Source: an uncultured delta proteobacterium
GTDB taxonomy: Bacteria; Desulfobacterota; Binatia; UBA9968
NCBI GenBank assembly: GCA_963804165.1
Contig: CAWDPO010000038.1
Location: 1 to 64,000 of the forward strand
Direction of reading: 5' to 3'
Length of the DNA: 64,000 bases
The position numbers and the translations under genes are program-made. The notes under the pieces are model-generated. The model saw only the letters and a program-made list of their open reading frames with translations, ran no database searches and was not told where the DNA came from. Below, piece by piece: positions 19,883-30,498 of the stretch. Each line of letters begins with the position of its first letter. The stretch's first letter is position 1.

Positions 19883-20869
19883 TCACTTGATCACCTTATC
19901 TGCTCTCGCCAACACATTCGGCGGAATTGTCAATCCGATCTGTTTTGCTGCTTTCAGATTGATGACGAACTCAAACTTCGTCGGCTGCTCGACGGGCAGG
20001 TCGGCGGGCTTGGCACCTTTCAAAATCTTGTCCACGTAAGTCGCGGCGCGTCGGAATAGATCGGCAGTTCTCACGCCATAGCTCATGAGCCCTCCTCCGT
20101 CTACAAATGCCGGGCTAAAGGATATGTCTGGGAGTCGGTTTTTTACCGCGAACTCTGTCATCTGTGTTCGGTGAGGAGGGAAGATGGGGCTATTCAGCAC
20201 GAGCAGTGCATCAGCACGCTCCTTGCGCGCGGCTCGGAATGCAGTCTCAATATCCTTCGGAGCTTTTACGTCTAAATATTGTATCTTCACGCCGAATGCG
20301 CCTGCGGCGAGCTCCGTCTCTTTTAACGCTTGTGCATTGCCCGGGTTGGTCGAAGTGCCGAGCACGGCAACGCGCGAGAGCCTCGGAACAGTCTCCTTCA
20401 GAAGCTCCAGTCGCTTGCCGTTTAATTCCGCAGAGATGGAGGACAGTCCTGTAATGTTTCCTCCAGGGTGCGCTAGACTGGCGACAAACCCTGAGCCAAC
20501 AGGATCGCTATCGAACGCCATCACTATGGGAATCTTGGTAGTCGCCTCCTTGGCGGGACGGGTTGCGGTGGGACCAGCCGTAACGATGACATCTACTTTG
20601 AGACCCACGAGTTCGGCTGCAAGGGCGGGGAGGCGATCGAGTTTTCCCTCTGCATATCGAGGTTCAATAATAATGTTTTTCCCCTCGATGTACCTAAGCT
20701 CTCGCAGGCCCTGACGGAGTTCTTCGAGTTGAGAGGCTTGCGAGGAAGCCGTACCGGCGGCCAAATAAGCTACCCGTGGAACTTCCTTCAGCTGCTGGGC
20801 GTCGGCGAGAGAAACAGTTGTCAGAAAAAAAGTTGCCAGTAGGCAGATAAGAATTTTTGCTATCATCAA
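19883..20869 (-). CDS. ABC_sub_bind-family SBP, array copy
   Basis: Complete family motifs. Confidence 0.92.
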   Translation of the reverse strand: MMIAKILICLLATFFLTTVSLADAQQLKEVPRVAYLAAGTASSQASQLEELRQGLRELRYIEGKNIIIEPRYAEGKLDRLPALAAELVGLKVDVIVTAGPTATRPAKEATTKIPIVMAFDSDPVGSGFVASLAHPGGNITGLSSISAELNGKRLELLKETVPRLSRVAVLGTSTNPGNAQALKETELAAGAFGVKIQYLDVKAPKDIETAFRAARKERADALLVLNSPIFPPHRTQMTEFAVKNRLPDISFSPAFVDGGGLMSYGVRTADLFRRAATYVDKILKGAKPADLPVEQPTKFEFVINLKAAKQIGLTIPPNVLARADKVIK

Positions 20870-20908
20870 TTGTCACTCCTACTGTTGCCTAGTGCCTGTA
20901 GCCTTTTT

Positions 20909-21894
20909 TCATTTGATCACTTTATCCGCGCGAAACAGCACCGACTGCGGAATCGTCAGATTGAGCGCTTTCGCCGTCTTGAGATTGATTGCAAATTCAA
21001 ACTTCTTAGGCTGCTCCACTGGGAGGTCGGCGGGCTTCGCGCCTTTGACAATCTTATCCACGAAGATCGCTGCGCGCCGGTGCAAGTCGGGCAAGTTGAC
21101 ACCATAGGACATGAGCCCTCCAGCTGAGACATAATTTTGCCCCTGGTAGATTGTGGGGAGCCGGCGCTTCACTGCCAATTCGGCAATCTTTGCTTGATAC
21201 CCGCTGCCGACCGAGCCCGACACTAGCCAGAGTGCCCCGTTAGCCCGCGCTTTGACTGCGGCTTGGAAGGCAGTCTCAAAATCCTTGGGGCTTAGTACAT
21301 CTAGGTTTTGAACGCTTACCCCTAGCGCTACGGCAGCGAGTTTCGTTTCGTTCAACACTGGAGCGTTGCCGGGGCTGCTTGAGGTCCCGAACACCGCCAC
21401 ACGTGAGAGTTTGGGTACGACCTCTTTCAAAAGTTCCAGCCGTTTGCCGCTAGTCTCCGGGGAAAGAGTGGACAGTCCGGTGATGTTTCCACCGGGCCGC
21501 GGCAGGCTGGCCACGAATCCACTCGCGACGGGATCGTCAGTCTGCGCCATGACAATGGGGATCGTGGCGGTCGCTTCCTTTGCTGCGAGCGTATCTCCGC
21601 CGCTACTGGCAACGATGACGTCGACTTTCAGACCCGCTAGCTCCGCTGCTAGGGTACGCTGGCGATGGCGATTTCCCTCTGCAGCTCGCCACTCGATCAC
21701 GATGGTTTTCCCCTCTTGGTACCCAAGGTCGCGCAGCCCCTGCCGGAATGCTTCGGTGTTTGCCGACACAGAGGAAAGGGATGCACCAGTTAGGTATCCT
21801 ATCCGCGGGACTCTTACCGGCTGCTGCGCCTCGGCGGGTGGGAAAGTTCTCAGTAGGGTAGCTACGGTAGCCAGACTAGAATTTTTCCAAGCAT
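20909..21894 (-). pseudogene. ABC_sub_bind-family SBP, array copy, frameshift in the signal peptide
   Basis: MLGKILVWL at 21894 is out of frame with ATVATLLRTFPPAEAQQ and the body ORF 20909..21769. Confidence 0.8.
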
Positions 21895-21948
21895 CGAGTT
21901 TATTCCGTATGACCTCCTCTCAAACATCATTCTTTACATTTCATCCCT

Positions 21949-22943
21949 TCACCGAATCACCCTGTCCGCCCGCGCCAGCACATTGGGTGGTATCATGAGG
22001 CCGATTTGCTTGGCCGTCTTTAAGTTGATCACCAGTTCGAACTTCGTCGGCTGCTCCACCGGGAGGTCGGCGGGCTTCGTGCCTTTGAGAATCTTGTCGA
22101 CGTAATAGGCGACACGCCGGTAGCATCTGCGCAAGGTCCGCTCCGTAGGACATCAGCCCACCGGCCTCTAGAGCTGTTGTTTCGTCGTACAACGAGGCAA
22201 CCGGCTCTTTAATGCAAAGGTCGTAATCCGTTTTCTGTTAGCACGAAGCACGCTTCCCGCGAGGGGCACGTAGAGCCCATCCGGGTGATCCTTGTTTATG
22301 GCAGCGAATACCCTGTCAAAATCCTCCACAGCGCGTACCTCCCAATTCCGAAGAGTCAGCCCCAGCGCACGCGCTGCGGGAGGGAGATCCTCTTTGACTT
22401 CGCGCGAAGCGCTCGGATTGGCCGGATTATGCAGAATCGCGACGCGGGCAAGTTTGGGAATGGCCTCTTTGAGTATCTCCAGTCGCTTCCCGCCCAACTC
22501 ACTGTTAAGAGTTGTAAGGCCGGTAACGTTGCCTCCCGGACGGGCAAGGCTCACAACGAATCCTGCCTTGACCGGGTCGAGCCCAGTGCCGGTCATAACG
22601 ATGGGAATCGTCTTGGTCGCATTCTTTGCCGCACGGATCGGTGTGGTTCCGCCTGCTACCAGGATGAGTTCCACCTTGAGACCCACCAACTCGGCCGCAA
22701 GCGCGGGGTAACGATCCGACTTCCCCTCCGTATGTCGGTACTCAATGATGACGTTCTGTCCTTCTATGTAACCAAGCTCGCGCAGCGCCTTTCGAATTCC
22801 TTCCGCGCGCGGCGAGTCAGTAGCCGTGTCGGTCCCGATAGATACCCAATTCGCGGCACTTTCCCCGATTGCTGCGCTTCGGCGGAAACCCAGAGCGCAG
22901 AGAGCGCGGCGCAAAGAGTAAGGACCGTGTTTTTTTTCTTCAT
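21949..22943 (-). pseudogene. ABC_sub_bind-family SBP, array copy, frameshifted
   Basis: ORFs 22168..22914, 21941..22192 and 21949..22134. Start MKKK at 22943. Confidence 0.82.
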
Positions 22944-22983
22944 CTCTGTTCTCTATCTCGATTCACTTGATGCTCGCACCTTC

Positions 22984-23959
22984 TCACTTGATCACCTTCT
23001 GCGCGCGGGCGAGAATTTGTGGCGAAATCGTGACGCCGATTTGTTTTGGCGGTCTTGAGATTGATAACGAGTTCGAACTTCATCGCTTGCTCTACGGGAA
23101 GCTCAGCCGGTTTGGCGCCTTTGAGAATCTTATCGACGTAAAGCGCGGCGCGGTGAAATCTGTCGGCGTCGTTGGCCGCGTACGAGATCAGTCCCCCTTC
23201 CTCAACGAAGTTGCCCTGTTCAACCATCAATGGCACCCGTTTCTGAATCGCAAAATCAGCGATCCTTTTTATATGCTGATTGAGCACGACGTTGGTCACC
23301 GAGATGAGCGCATTCATCCGTTCCTTGTCGGCGGCGTGGAGCAATCCCTCGATATCAGGCTTCGGACGGTGCGCTTGGAGCGAGGTAAGCTTTAATTTAA
23401 ACGCGCCGGCGGCAGCTTCATAATTCTGAAAAGCGTTTCCTGCGCCGAGAGAGGTGGGACTCGCCCATATCACTCCCACGCGCGATATCTTCGGTACAGC
23501 TTCCTTTAGAAGTTCGAGCCGCTTTCCGCTGAGATCTCGGGTGAGACTAACAACTCCGGTTAGATTTCCGCCTGGACGCGCCAGGCTTTCGACGAGTCCG
23601 ATGGCAACCGGATCCTGATTGGTCATCATGACGATAGGAATTGTTTTGGTGGCGTGCTGAGCGGCCCGAATGGCCGTCGTACTTGAAACGATTAGAACAT
23701 CGACTTTGCTCTCTAAAAGCTCGGCGACCAAGCTAGGCATTCGGTCCGTGTTCCCCTGAGCGTAACGGTGGACTAATTCGATATTTTTACCTTCGACATA
23801 ACCGCGCTCGCGCAAGCCTTCTCGGAGTAACTCCAAGCCACGTTCAGCCGTGACCATGAAGCCTATCCGCGGGATCTTCGCTGGTTGCTGTGCGTCGGCG
23901 TGTGAGCAAAGTGCAATGAGCAGAACGCCAAGCGCAAGAGCAAAATTCTTTTGGATCAT
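22984..23959 (-). pseudogene. ABC_sub_bind-family SBP, array copy, one C-terminal frameshift
   Basis: Intact to INLKTAK. Tail SPQILARAQKVIK* is in another frame. Confidence 0.85.
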
Positions 23960-24006
23960 CGTTCTCTCCTCAACGCCTTACACCCCTAACCATTCGCGTC
24001 TCACGC

Positions 24007-25051
24007 CTATCGAATGACTTTGTCTGCTCTCGCCAGCACATTCGAGCGAAATCATGAGACCTGATCCGCTTTGCGGTTTTCAGATTGATGATCAGCTCGA
24101 ACTTTGTTGGTTGCTCCACTGGTAGATCAGCAGGCTTCGCACCCTTTAGAATCTTGTCCACATACACGACCGCGCGTCGGTATTGATCAGCATCATTCGC
24201 TCCATAAAACATGAGACAACCCGTCTCTACATACACACTTCCCTCGCACATTGAGGGCAGTCTGTTCTGTATGGCAAGATCGCCGATGCGCTTTGAGTGA
24301 CGATTGAGCGCACCAGCGCTAACTGTAATGAGCGCGCTCACGCCCCCCTTAGTCGCAGCTTGGACTGCTCCCTCGAAATCAAGGCTCGGGCTGCGCACCT
24401 CTAGGGATTGAAGCGGTATCTTCAGTGTACGCGCCGCAGCCTCGTATTCTTTAAAAGAAATGGCCGCCGCTGGTGCGTCCGCAACCCAAAGGACTCCAAC
24501 GCGTGATAGCCGCGGAACCGCCTCCTTGAATAATTCCAAACGTTTCCCGCTTAGGTCTCGGCCAAGTGTGGTGAGCCCGGTGATATTTCCGCCCGGGCGC
24601 GCCAAACTATCGACGATCCCAGTCGCGACTGGATCCACACTTGCCACCATGACAATGGGAATCGTCTTGGTCGCCTGCTTGGCTGCGCGAATCCCCGGTA
24701 AGACTTGAACGACAAGCACATCGACGTTTAATTGCACGAGTTCGGCCACCAGACTTGGCGCTTGGTCCAGTTTTCCCTCAAGATACCGGTACTCAATGAC
24801 GAAGTTCTTTCCCTCAACATAACCCAGATCTCGCAGTCCTTGCCGGAATGCCTCCGGAACGGATGGAATCAGTAGCTCGGTCGGTCGGCGATATATACCC
24901 GATCCGAGAGACTTTCTTCGACTGCTGGGTCGCCACGGAGGGAGAAGGCGCAAAGAGCATGGCCAAAAGTACGAAACAAAAGATTTCTCTCACGCATTAG
25001 AGTTCCTCCTCGTTATCGCTGACGACTGATAACTGACACTGAATCTGTCAT
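24007..25051 (-). pseudogene. ABC_sub_bind-family SBP, array copy, frameshifts at both ends
   Basis: Core ORF 23970..24953 has family motifs. Signal peptide and tail are out of frame. Confidence 0.82.
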
Positions 25052-26106
25052 CTGATAACTTTATCCGCTCGCGCCAGCACATTCGGTGGAATCGTCAGGC
25101 CGATCTGTTTGGCGGTTATGAGGTTGATGACAAATTCAAACTTCGTCGGCTGTTCTACGGGAAGGTCCGCGGGCTTAGTGCCTTTGAGAATCTTATCGAC
25201 GTAGTAAGCGGACCGGCGATGCATATCGGGAAGGCTCGGAGCATAAACCATGAGGCCACCTTCCTCGACGTAAAACCTCCAAGGATATATGGCTGGCAGC
25301 CGGTACTTGTGTGCCAGGGCGATGATCCTTTGCCGGGATCTCTCAAGCACAGATGGATCCGAGAAGACGAGAAGGGCCTTAGGACGGGCCTTGCCCATGG
25401 CTGAGAATGCGGTCTCAATTTCCTGTGGACTTCGTACCTTCCAGGCTTGCAGTTGAACTCCTAGCGATTTGCCTGCCGCTTGTGCGTCTCTCCACCGATT
25501 TGTTGCTTCTGGAAAGTCTGGATTCTGGAGGACAGCTACCTGCCCGAGTCCGGGAACAACTTCTTTGAGTAACTCAAGTCTCTTTCCATCGAGCGCCGCG
25601 GAAAGAAGGCTCAGTCCAGTAATGTTCGCGCCAGGCTGGGCGAGACTAGCGACGAAGCCCGCCGTCACTGGATCAGCTCCAGTCGCCGCCATGACGATCG
25701 GGATAGTGGTCGTTGCCTCTTTCGCTGCCTGGACCATCGGACCGCCGTTGGCAACGATCACGTCGACCCGCAGCCAAACGAGATCCGCCGCCAGTTCGCG
25801 CAAGCTCTGCGGTTTCTCTCCGGTCCAGCGACGCTCGAAGACGACGTTTTGGCCTTCTATCCATCCCAGGTCGTGCAAGCCTTGCCGGAAAGCCTCGAAG
25901 TTTTCCTTGCTGAGCGGATCAGTCGGAGATCCTCCAGTTAATCGCCCAACTCTGTAGACTCTTGCTGCCTTCTGTGCCAGAGCAGAACTGCAAAGCGCAA
26001 GGAGCGCGGCGCAAACCGTAAAAGCAAACACAATTTTCCTCACGAGTTTTCTCTGTTTCTTTTTCTGCCCACTGCTCTTTGCCCGCTGTTCTTTGCTGAC
26101 GTTCAT
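25048..26106 (-). CDS. ABC_sub_bind-family SBP, array copy
   Basis: Complete family motifs, with ATGA overlaps at both ends. Confidence 0.92.
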   Translation of the reverse strand: MNVSKEQRAKSSGQKKKQRKLVRKIVFAFTVCAALLALCSSALAQKAARVYRVGRLTGGSPTDPLSKENFEAFRQGLHDLGWIEGQNVVFERRWTGEKPQSLRELAADLVWLRVDVIVANGGPMVQAAKEATTTIPIVMAATGADPVTAGFVASLAQPGANITGLSLLSAALDGKRLELLKEVVPGLGQVAVLQNPDFPEATNRWRDAQAAGKSLGVQLQAWKVRSPQEIETAFSAMGKARPKALLVFSDPSVLERSRQRIIALAHKYRLPAIYPWRFYVEEGGLMVYAPSLPDMHRRSAYYVDKILKGTKPADLPVEQPTKFEFVINLITAKQIGLTIPPNVLARADKVIR

Positions 26107-27136
26107 CTGATTATCCGATCCGCTCTCGCCAACACATTCGGTGGTATCGTCAGCCCGATCTGCTTCGCGGCTTTTAGGTTGACGATGAATTCAAATTTCG
26201 TCGGTTGCTCGGCGGGAATGTCGCCGGGCTTGGTGCCTTTGAGGATTTTATCGACATACGTGGCGGCGCGGCGGTCCAAGTCGGTCAGGTTGACGCCATA
26301 GGATATAAGCCCACCAGCTTCCACGTCGAGTCGATTGCGGTAAATGACAGGCAGCCGGTTCTTTAGCCGCGAGTTCCAATAGCTGTGTTCGATTAGGATT
26401 TAGAATGATTCCCGGAGCGGCATAGACGGGCGCGTCAGCGCGCTCTTTGGTAGCGGCTCGGAATGCACGCTCAATGTCCTTGGGTCCGTAGGGCATCCAG
26501 CACTTGAAGCTTTACCCCTAGCGCTCGTCGCGCGTTCGATCTCTTTTAACGCTTGGTGTTGCCAGGCGTGGTTGATCCCCCGAACACGGCCAGGCGAAAG
26601 AACTTCGGAACGATTTCTTTGAGCAGCTCCAGTTGTTTTCCGCTTAGCTCCGGCGCAACGCGGGAAAGTCCCGTGATATTCCCGCCTGGGCGCGCCAGGC
26701 TGGCGACGAAACCGTTTCAACGGGATCGGAATCCTGCGTCATAACGACTGGAATCGTATTGAAGCTTGCTTCGCTTGGCGGAACGCGTCGCGCCTGCGCC
26801 CGCCGTGACGATGACATCAACCTTCAGACGCACCAGATTCGCAGCAGCGGCGCGATCTTGTTTTCCTTCGTAACGAAACTCGATGACAATGTTTTTCCCG
26901 TCCATCATAGCCGAGCTCTCGCAGACCCTGCCGGAATGCCTCGGCGCGGAGCTTTGCAGGGTGACTAGAGAGCTATCGTTCAAGTATCCTATTCGCGGGA
27001 CTTTCCTTGGCTGCTGCGCCCCAACGGGAAAGCAAAGCGTAAAGAGCACGGTGCTAAGCGCAAGACCAAAGAATTGTCTTCTCATGAATCTACTTCTGTG
27101 TTCTTGCAACTCCCTGCTCCTTGCCCTTTGCTCCAT
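26103..27136 (-). pseudogene. ABC_sub_bind-family SBP, array copy with many frameshifts
   Basis: ORFs 26717..27136, 26248..26496 and 26103..26324 carry successive family segments. Confidence 0.82.
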
Positions 27137-27137
27137 G

Positions 27138-28179
27138 CTATTTGATCACCTTATCCGCCCGCGCCAGCACATTCGGTGGTATCGTGAGACCGATTTGTTT
27201 CGCGGTTTTCAGGTTGATCACGAGTTCGAACTTGGCCGATTGCTCGACTGGAATCTCGGCCGGCTTCGTGCCCTTAAGAATCTTGTCGACATCCACGCAG
27301 CGCGCCTGTAACTCTCAGCATCGTTGGACGAGTAAGAAATGAGCCCGCCAGGTTCTATCCAAAAACTCGACTCATACATTGAAGGCAGGCGGTGCTTTAT
27401 GGAAAGCTGAGCAATTTCCTTTCGGTGGCGATCTAACATGTTATTGCCAACCGTAATCAGAGCGCGCACGCGGCCTTTGACAGCGGATTGAAATGCACCG
27501 TGCAGATCGGGGCTTGGCCCTCGCACTTCTAAGGATTGCAGTTGAAGCTTTAATGCGATCGGCCGCAGCCTGGTACTCTTTAAAACTAAGCTTGGGTCCT
27601 TCTGCACCTGCATCCCACAGGACACCAACGCGAGAAATTCCTGGAATGATCTCTGTAACCAATTCTAACCGCTTACCGCTTAGTTCTCGGTTGAGCCTGC
27701 TAATCCCTGGTAAGGTTTCCACCTGGGCGGGCCAAGCTATCGACAAGGCCAGTCGCAACCGGATCCTGGTTGGTAACCATAACAATGGGAATCGTCTTGG
27801 TAGCCTGCTTCGCTGCGCGGATTGCCTGCGGATCTGGAGATACAAGGAGATCGACCCTGAGTTGTATAAGATCGGCTACAAGGCTTGGGATACGGTCGCG
27901 CTTTCCTTCAGCGTAGCGAAACTCAATCAGGATGGTTTTTCCGTCGACATAGCCGAGATCTTTCAGCCCTTGAAGAAACGCCTCAACGTTACGCCCTGGA
28001 ATAGAGGGCTCGCCAACCACCCTCACGTATCCTATCCGCGGGATTTTCCCCGGCTGTTGCGCCTGGGCGAACGAACCAGTTGTCAGGAGAACCGTTGCCA
28101 GTATCCACAAGAGAATTCGCCATGGGTTTTCTCCGATGTCTTTGCTGACAACTGACCACGGTCGACTGACAACTGTCAT
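27138..28179 (-). pseudogene. ABC_sub_bind-family SBP, array copy, frameshifted
   Basis: ORFs 27700..28179, 27441..27845 and 27218..27628, plus a tail ending at the stop 27138-27140. Confidence 0.82.
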
Positions 28180-29174
28180 CGAATCACCTTATCTGCCCGC
28201 ACCAGCACATTCGGCGGAATCGTCAGGCCGATCTGTTTCGCCGTCTTGAGGTTAATCACTAACTCGAACTTCGTCGGCTGCTCGACGGGTATGTCAGCGG
28301 GTTTTGTGCCTTTGAGAATCTTATCCATGAGAGTGGCAGCGCGCCGGAACATATCGGTATAGTTCGGCCCGTACGATATAAGACCGCCAGCTTCTACAAA
28401 AGCGCGATTTTCGAATATCGCCGGCAACCGATTTTTCGCTACAAAATCTAGAATCTGCTTCTGATAAGAATTGAGGACTGGATCCATTAACGCGAGAAAA
28501 CCATCAGGTCGATCTTTAGACACCACGCCAAAAATCACTTCGAGCTCATTAGGGTCTTTCACCCCTCGATCTTGCAACGTTATGCCCAACGGTCCTGCGA
28601 CGTCTTGGGTTGCTTTCGCTTCGAGCGCCATGCCGGCATTGCCCTTATTCCAAACCATGGCCACCCTCGAGAGCTTGGGAAAGATTTCTTTTAGCAGCTC
28701 TAGCCGCTTGGGCCATAGGTCCGAAGCGAGGACGGAGATGCCCGTGATATTACCGCCCGGGTGCGCGAGACTAGCGACAACGCCCATTCCAATCGGATCG
28801 CTAGTGCTGAAGAAAACGATAGGAATCGTTTTAGTCACTTCTCTAAGAGCGAAGATAGCGGGCGTACCCGCTGTGAAAATCGCGTCCACCTTTAGCAGGA
28901 CCAGTTCCCTTGCGAGTTCAGGAAGGCGCTCTGCCTTTCCCTCTGCAAAACGATACTCAATAAGAATATTTTTCCCCTCGACGTAGCGGAGTTCGCGAAG
29001 CCCCTGAATGAATGCATCGACGTTGGCGTTGGGAGCCGCACCGAGGTATAAAACACCAATCCGTGGCGTCGTCGCTTGTTTCTGCGCGTGGGCCGGATAT
29101 ACCGAAGCCAGAATAAGTGTGGCCAAGATGAATAGTGTGGAAGTGGTTTTTTTCATGGATTTTTCTCCTTCCAT
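28176..29174 (-). CDS. ABC_sub_bind-family SBP, array copy (alternative start 29156)
   Basis: Complete family motifs. Confidence 0.92.
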   Translation of the reverse strand: MEGEKSMKKTTSTLFILATLILASVYPAHAQKQATTPRIGVLYLGAAPNANVDAFIQGLRELRYVEGKNILIEYRFAEGKAERLPELARELVLLKVDAIFTAGTPAIFALREVTKTIPIVFFSTSDPIGMGVVASLAHPGGNITGISVLASDLWPKRLELLKEIFPKLSRVAMVWNKGNAGMALEAKATQDVAGPLGITLQDRGVKDPNELEVIFGVVSKDRPDGFLALMDPVLNSYQKQILDFVAKNRLPAIFENRAFVEAGGLISYGPNYTDMFRRAATLMDKILKGTKPADIPVEQPTKFELVINLKTAKQIGLTIPPNVLVRADKVIR

Positions 29175-29204
29175 TACATGACGCCTCGTACGCCGTGCAG
29201 GGTT

Positions 29205-30179
29205 TTACTTGATTACCTTCTGCGCCCGCGCCAGAACTTGCGGCGGGATAGTCACGCCGAGTTGCTTCGCGGTTTGTAAATTGATCGCCAGCTCAACGCT
29301 GTCGACGGTTTCGATCTTTAACTCCTTCGGCGGCGTGCCGCTTAGCACTCGCTGCACGTACTTGGCGGAAATCCGACCGATCTCAAAATAATTCTGACCG
29401 TAGCTCGCCAGTCCGCCTTTGGCGACCAGGCTTTGATCCTGCAACATGGTCGGCAACTTTTTCGCCTTGGCGGTGTCGATGATCAGCTGTGCCTGGCTGA
29501 CAACCGTGGCATCCGCGAGATAAAAGAACGCGTCGGCCTCCTTGCTTTTGATTTCCTGCAGCGCTTTGCGCAGCTCGTCGACCGAGTTCACATGACGCTC
29601 GATGAGCTTGAGCCCCAGCCGTTTCGCTTCTTGCCGCGCCAATGCGGCGCCGTCCGCGGCGACTTGATTTTTCGGATCGTAAATGGTCAGTACTCGACCG
29701 ACTTTTGGCAATATCTCTTTGAGAATCTCCAAACGCTTGGCCGTGAGGTCCTTCACCGGATAATGAACCCCCGTCAGCCTGCCGCCGGGCGTCGCGAAGT
29801 CGTTCACCAATCCGAAGGTCACTGGATTGCTGCCAATGCAGAATACAATCGGCGTATGCACCGTCGCTGCCTTCGCCGCGGCGATTACGGTGCTCGTCAT
29901 TACGTAGAGCAGGTTGACTTTTTCCCGCTCGAAGTCTCGCGCCGCTTCTTCAGCTATTTTCAGATCGCCCTTAGTGTCGCGAATGGCAAGCGAGATTTGC
30001 TTTCCTTCTTGCAGGCCGAGTTCCTTCAGGCCGTGACGCAGCCCCTCAACGATATCGTATAAGGGCCCTCCAGGGAGGATGACGCCGATACGTGGCGGCT
30101 TTGGCTGTTGTGCCTGTGCGGGTGCGGCGAGCGCAACGAGCAACGTGCTCAGCGCAAGGCAAAAAAAGTTTTTAAACAT
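29205..30179 (-). CDS. ABC_sub_bind-family SBP, first (promoter-proximal) and most divergent array member
   Basis: NPVTFGLVNDFATPGGRLTG, GGLASYG, PPQVLARAQKVIK. Confidence 0.9.
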   Translation of the reverse strand: MFKNFFCLALSTLLVALAAPAQAQQPKPPRIGVILPGGPLYDIVEGLRHGLKELGLQEGKQISLAIRDTKGDLKIAEEAARDFEREKVNLLYVMTSTVIAAAKAATVHTPIVFCIGSNPVTFGLVNDFATPGGRLTGVHYPVKDLTAKRLEILKEILPKVGRVLTIYDPKNQVAADGAALARQEAKRLGLKLIERHVNSVDELRKALQEIKSKEADAFFYLADATVVSQAQLIIDTAKAKKLPTMLQDQSLVAKGGLASYGQNYFEIGRISAKYVQRVLSGTPPKELKIETVDSVELAINLQTAKQLGVTIPPQVLARAQKVIK

Positions 30180-30259
30180 GGTTCCCCCGATCCAGCATCA
30201 ATCCGTGCTGGTTATTTATGGCCATCTGACTGGAATCTCGCACCCGGCGCGTTGCTTGC

Positions 30260-30274
30260 GCAAGGGTTATACCA
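30260..30274 (-). promoter_or_regulatory. Sigma54-type promoter at the head of the SBP array
   Basis: Minus strand TGGTAT-AACCC-TTGC (GG-N10-GC), about 80 nt upstream of the ATG at 30179. Confidence 0.6.
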
Positions 30275-30498
30275 GATTTGAACGACGTCGTGGGGACGAA
30301 CTAAGTTAGCGAAAGTGCGGAGAACTATAATGCGAGGAATGATCGGCGGCGGCGTGCCGGCGGGAGCAGGAGTATCAAGCTTGATACAGCAGGAGTATCA
30401 AATTTGCGGCACCACAGAGAGCGCGCGAGTTTTCAGCGAATCCTTGCAGGGGCACTACCTTCTACGTAGAGTTGGGCCTTTGACAGGGAGGCAAGACA

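Noticed and set aside
1342-29391. Recurrent plus-strand ORFs ([14 protein letters not shown]..., ...PVMFPPGRARLATNP...)
   Set aside because: They are antisense shadows of the conserved SBP motifs and recur only because the minus-strand genes repeat.
1-30179. CRISPR array or diversity-generating retroelement
   Set aside because: Repeat spacing is ~1 kb and coding. There are no cas genes, no reverse transcriptase, and no TR/VR pair differing only at adenines that I could identify.
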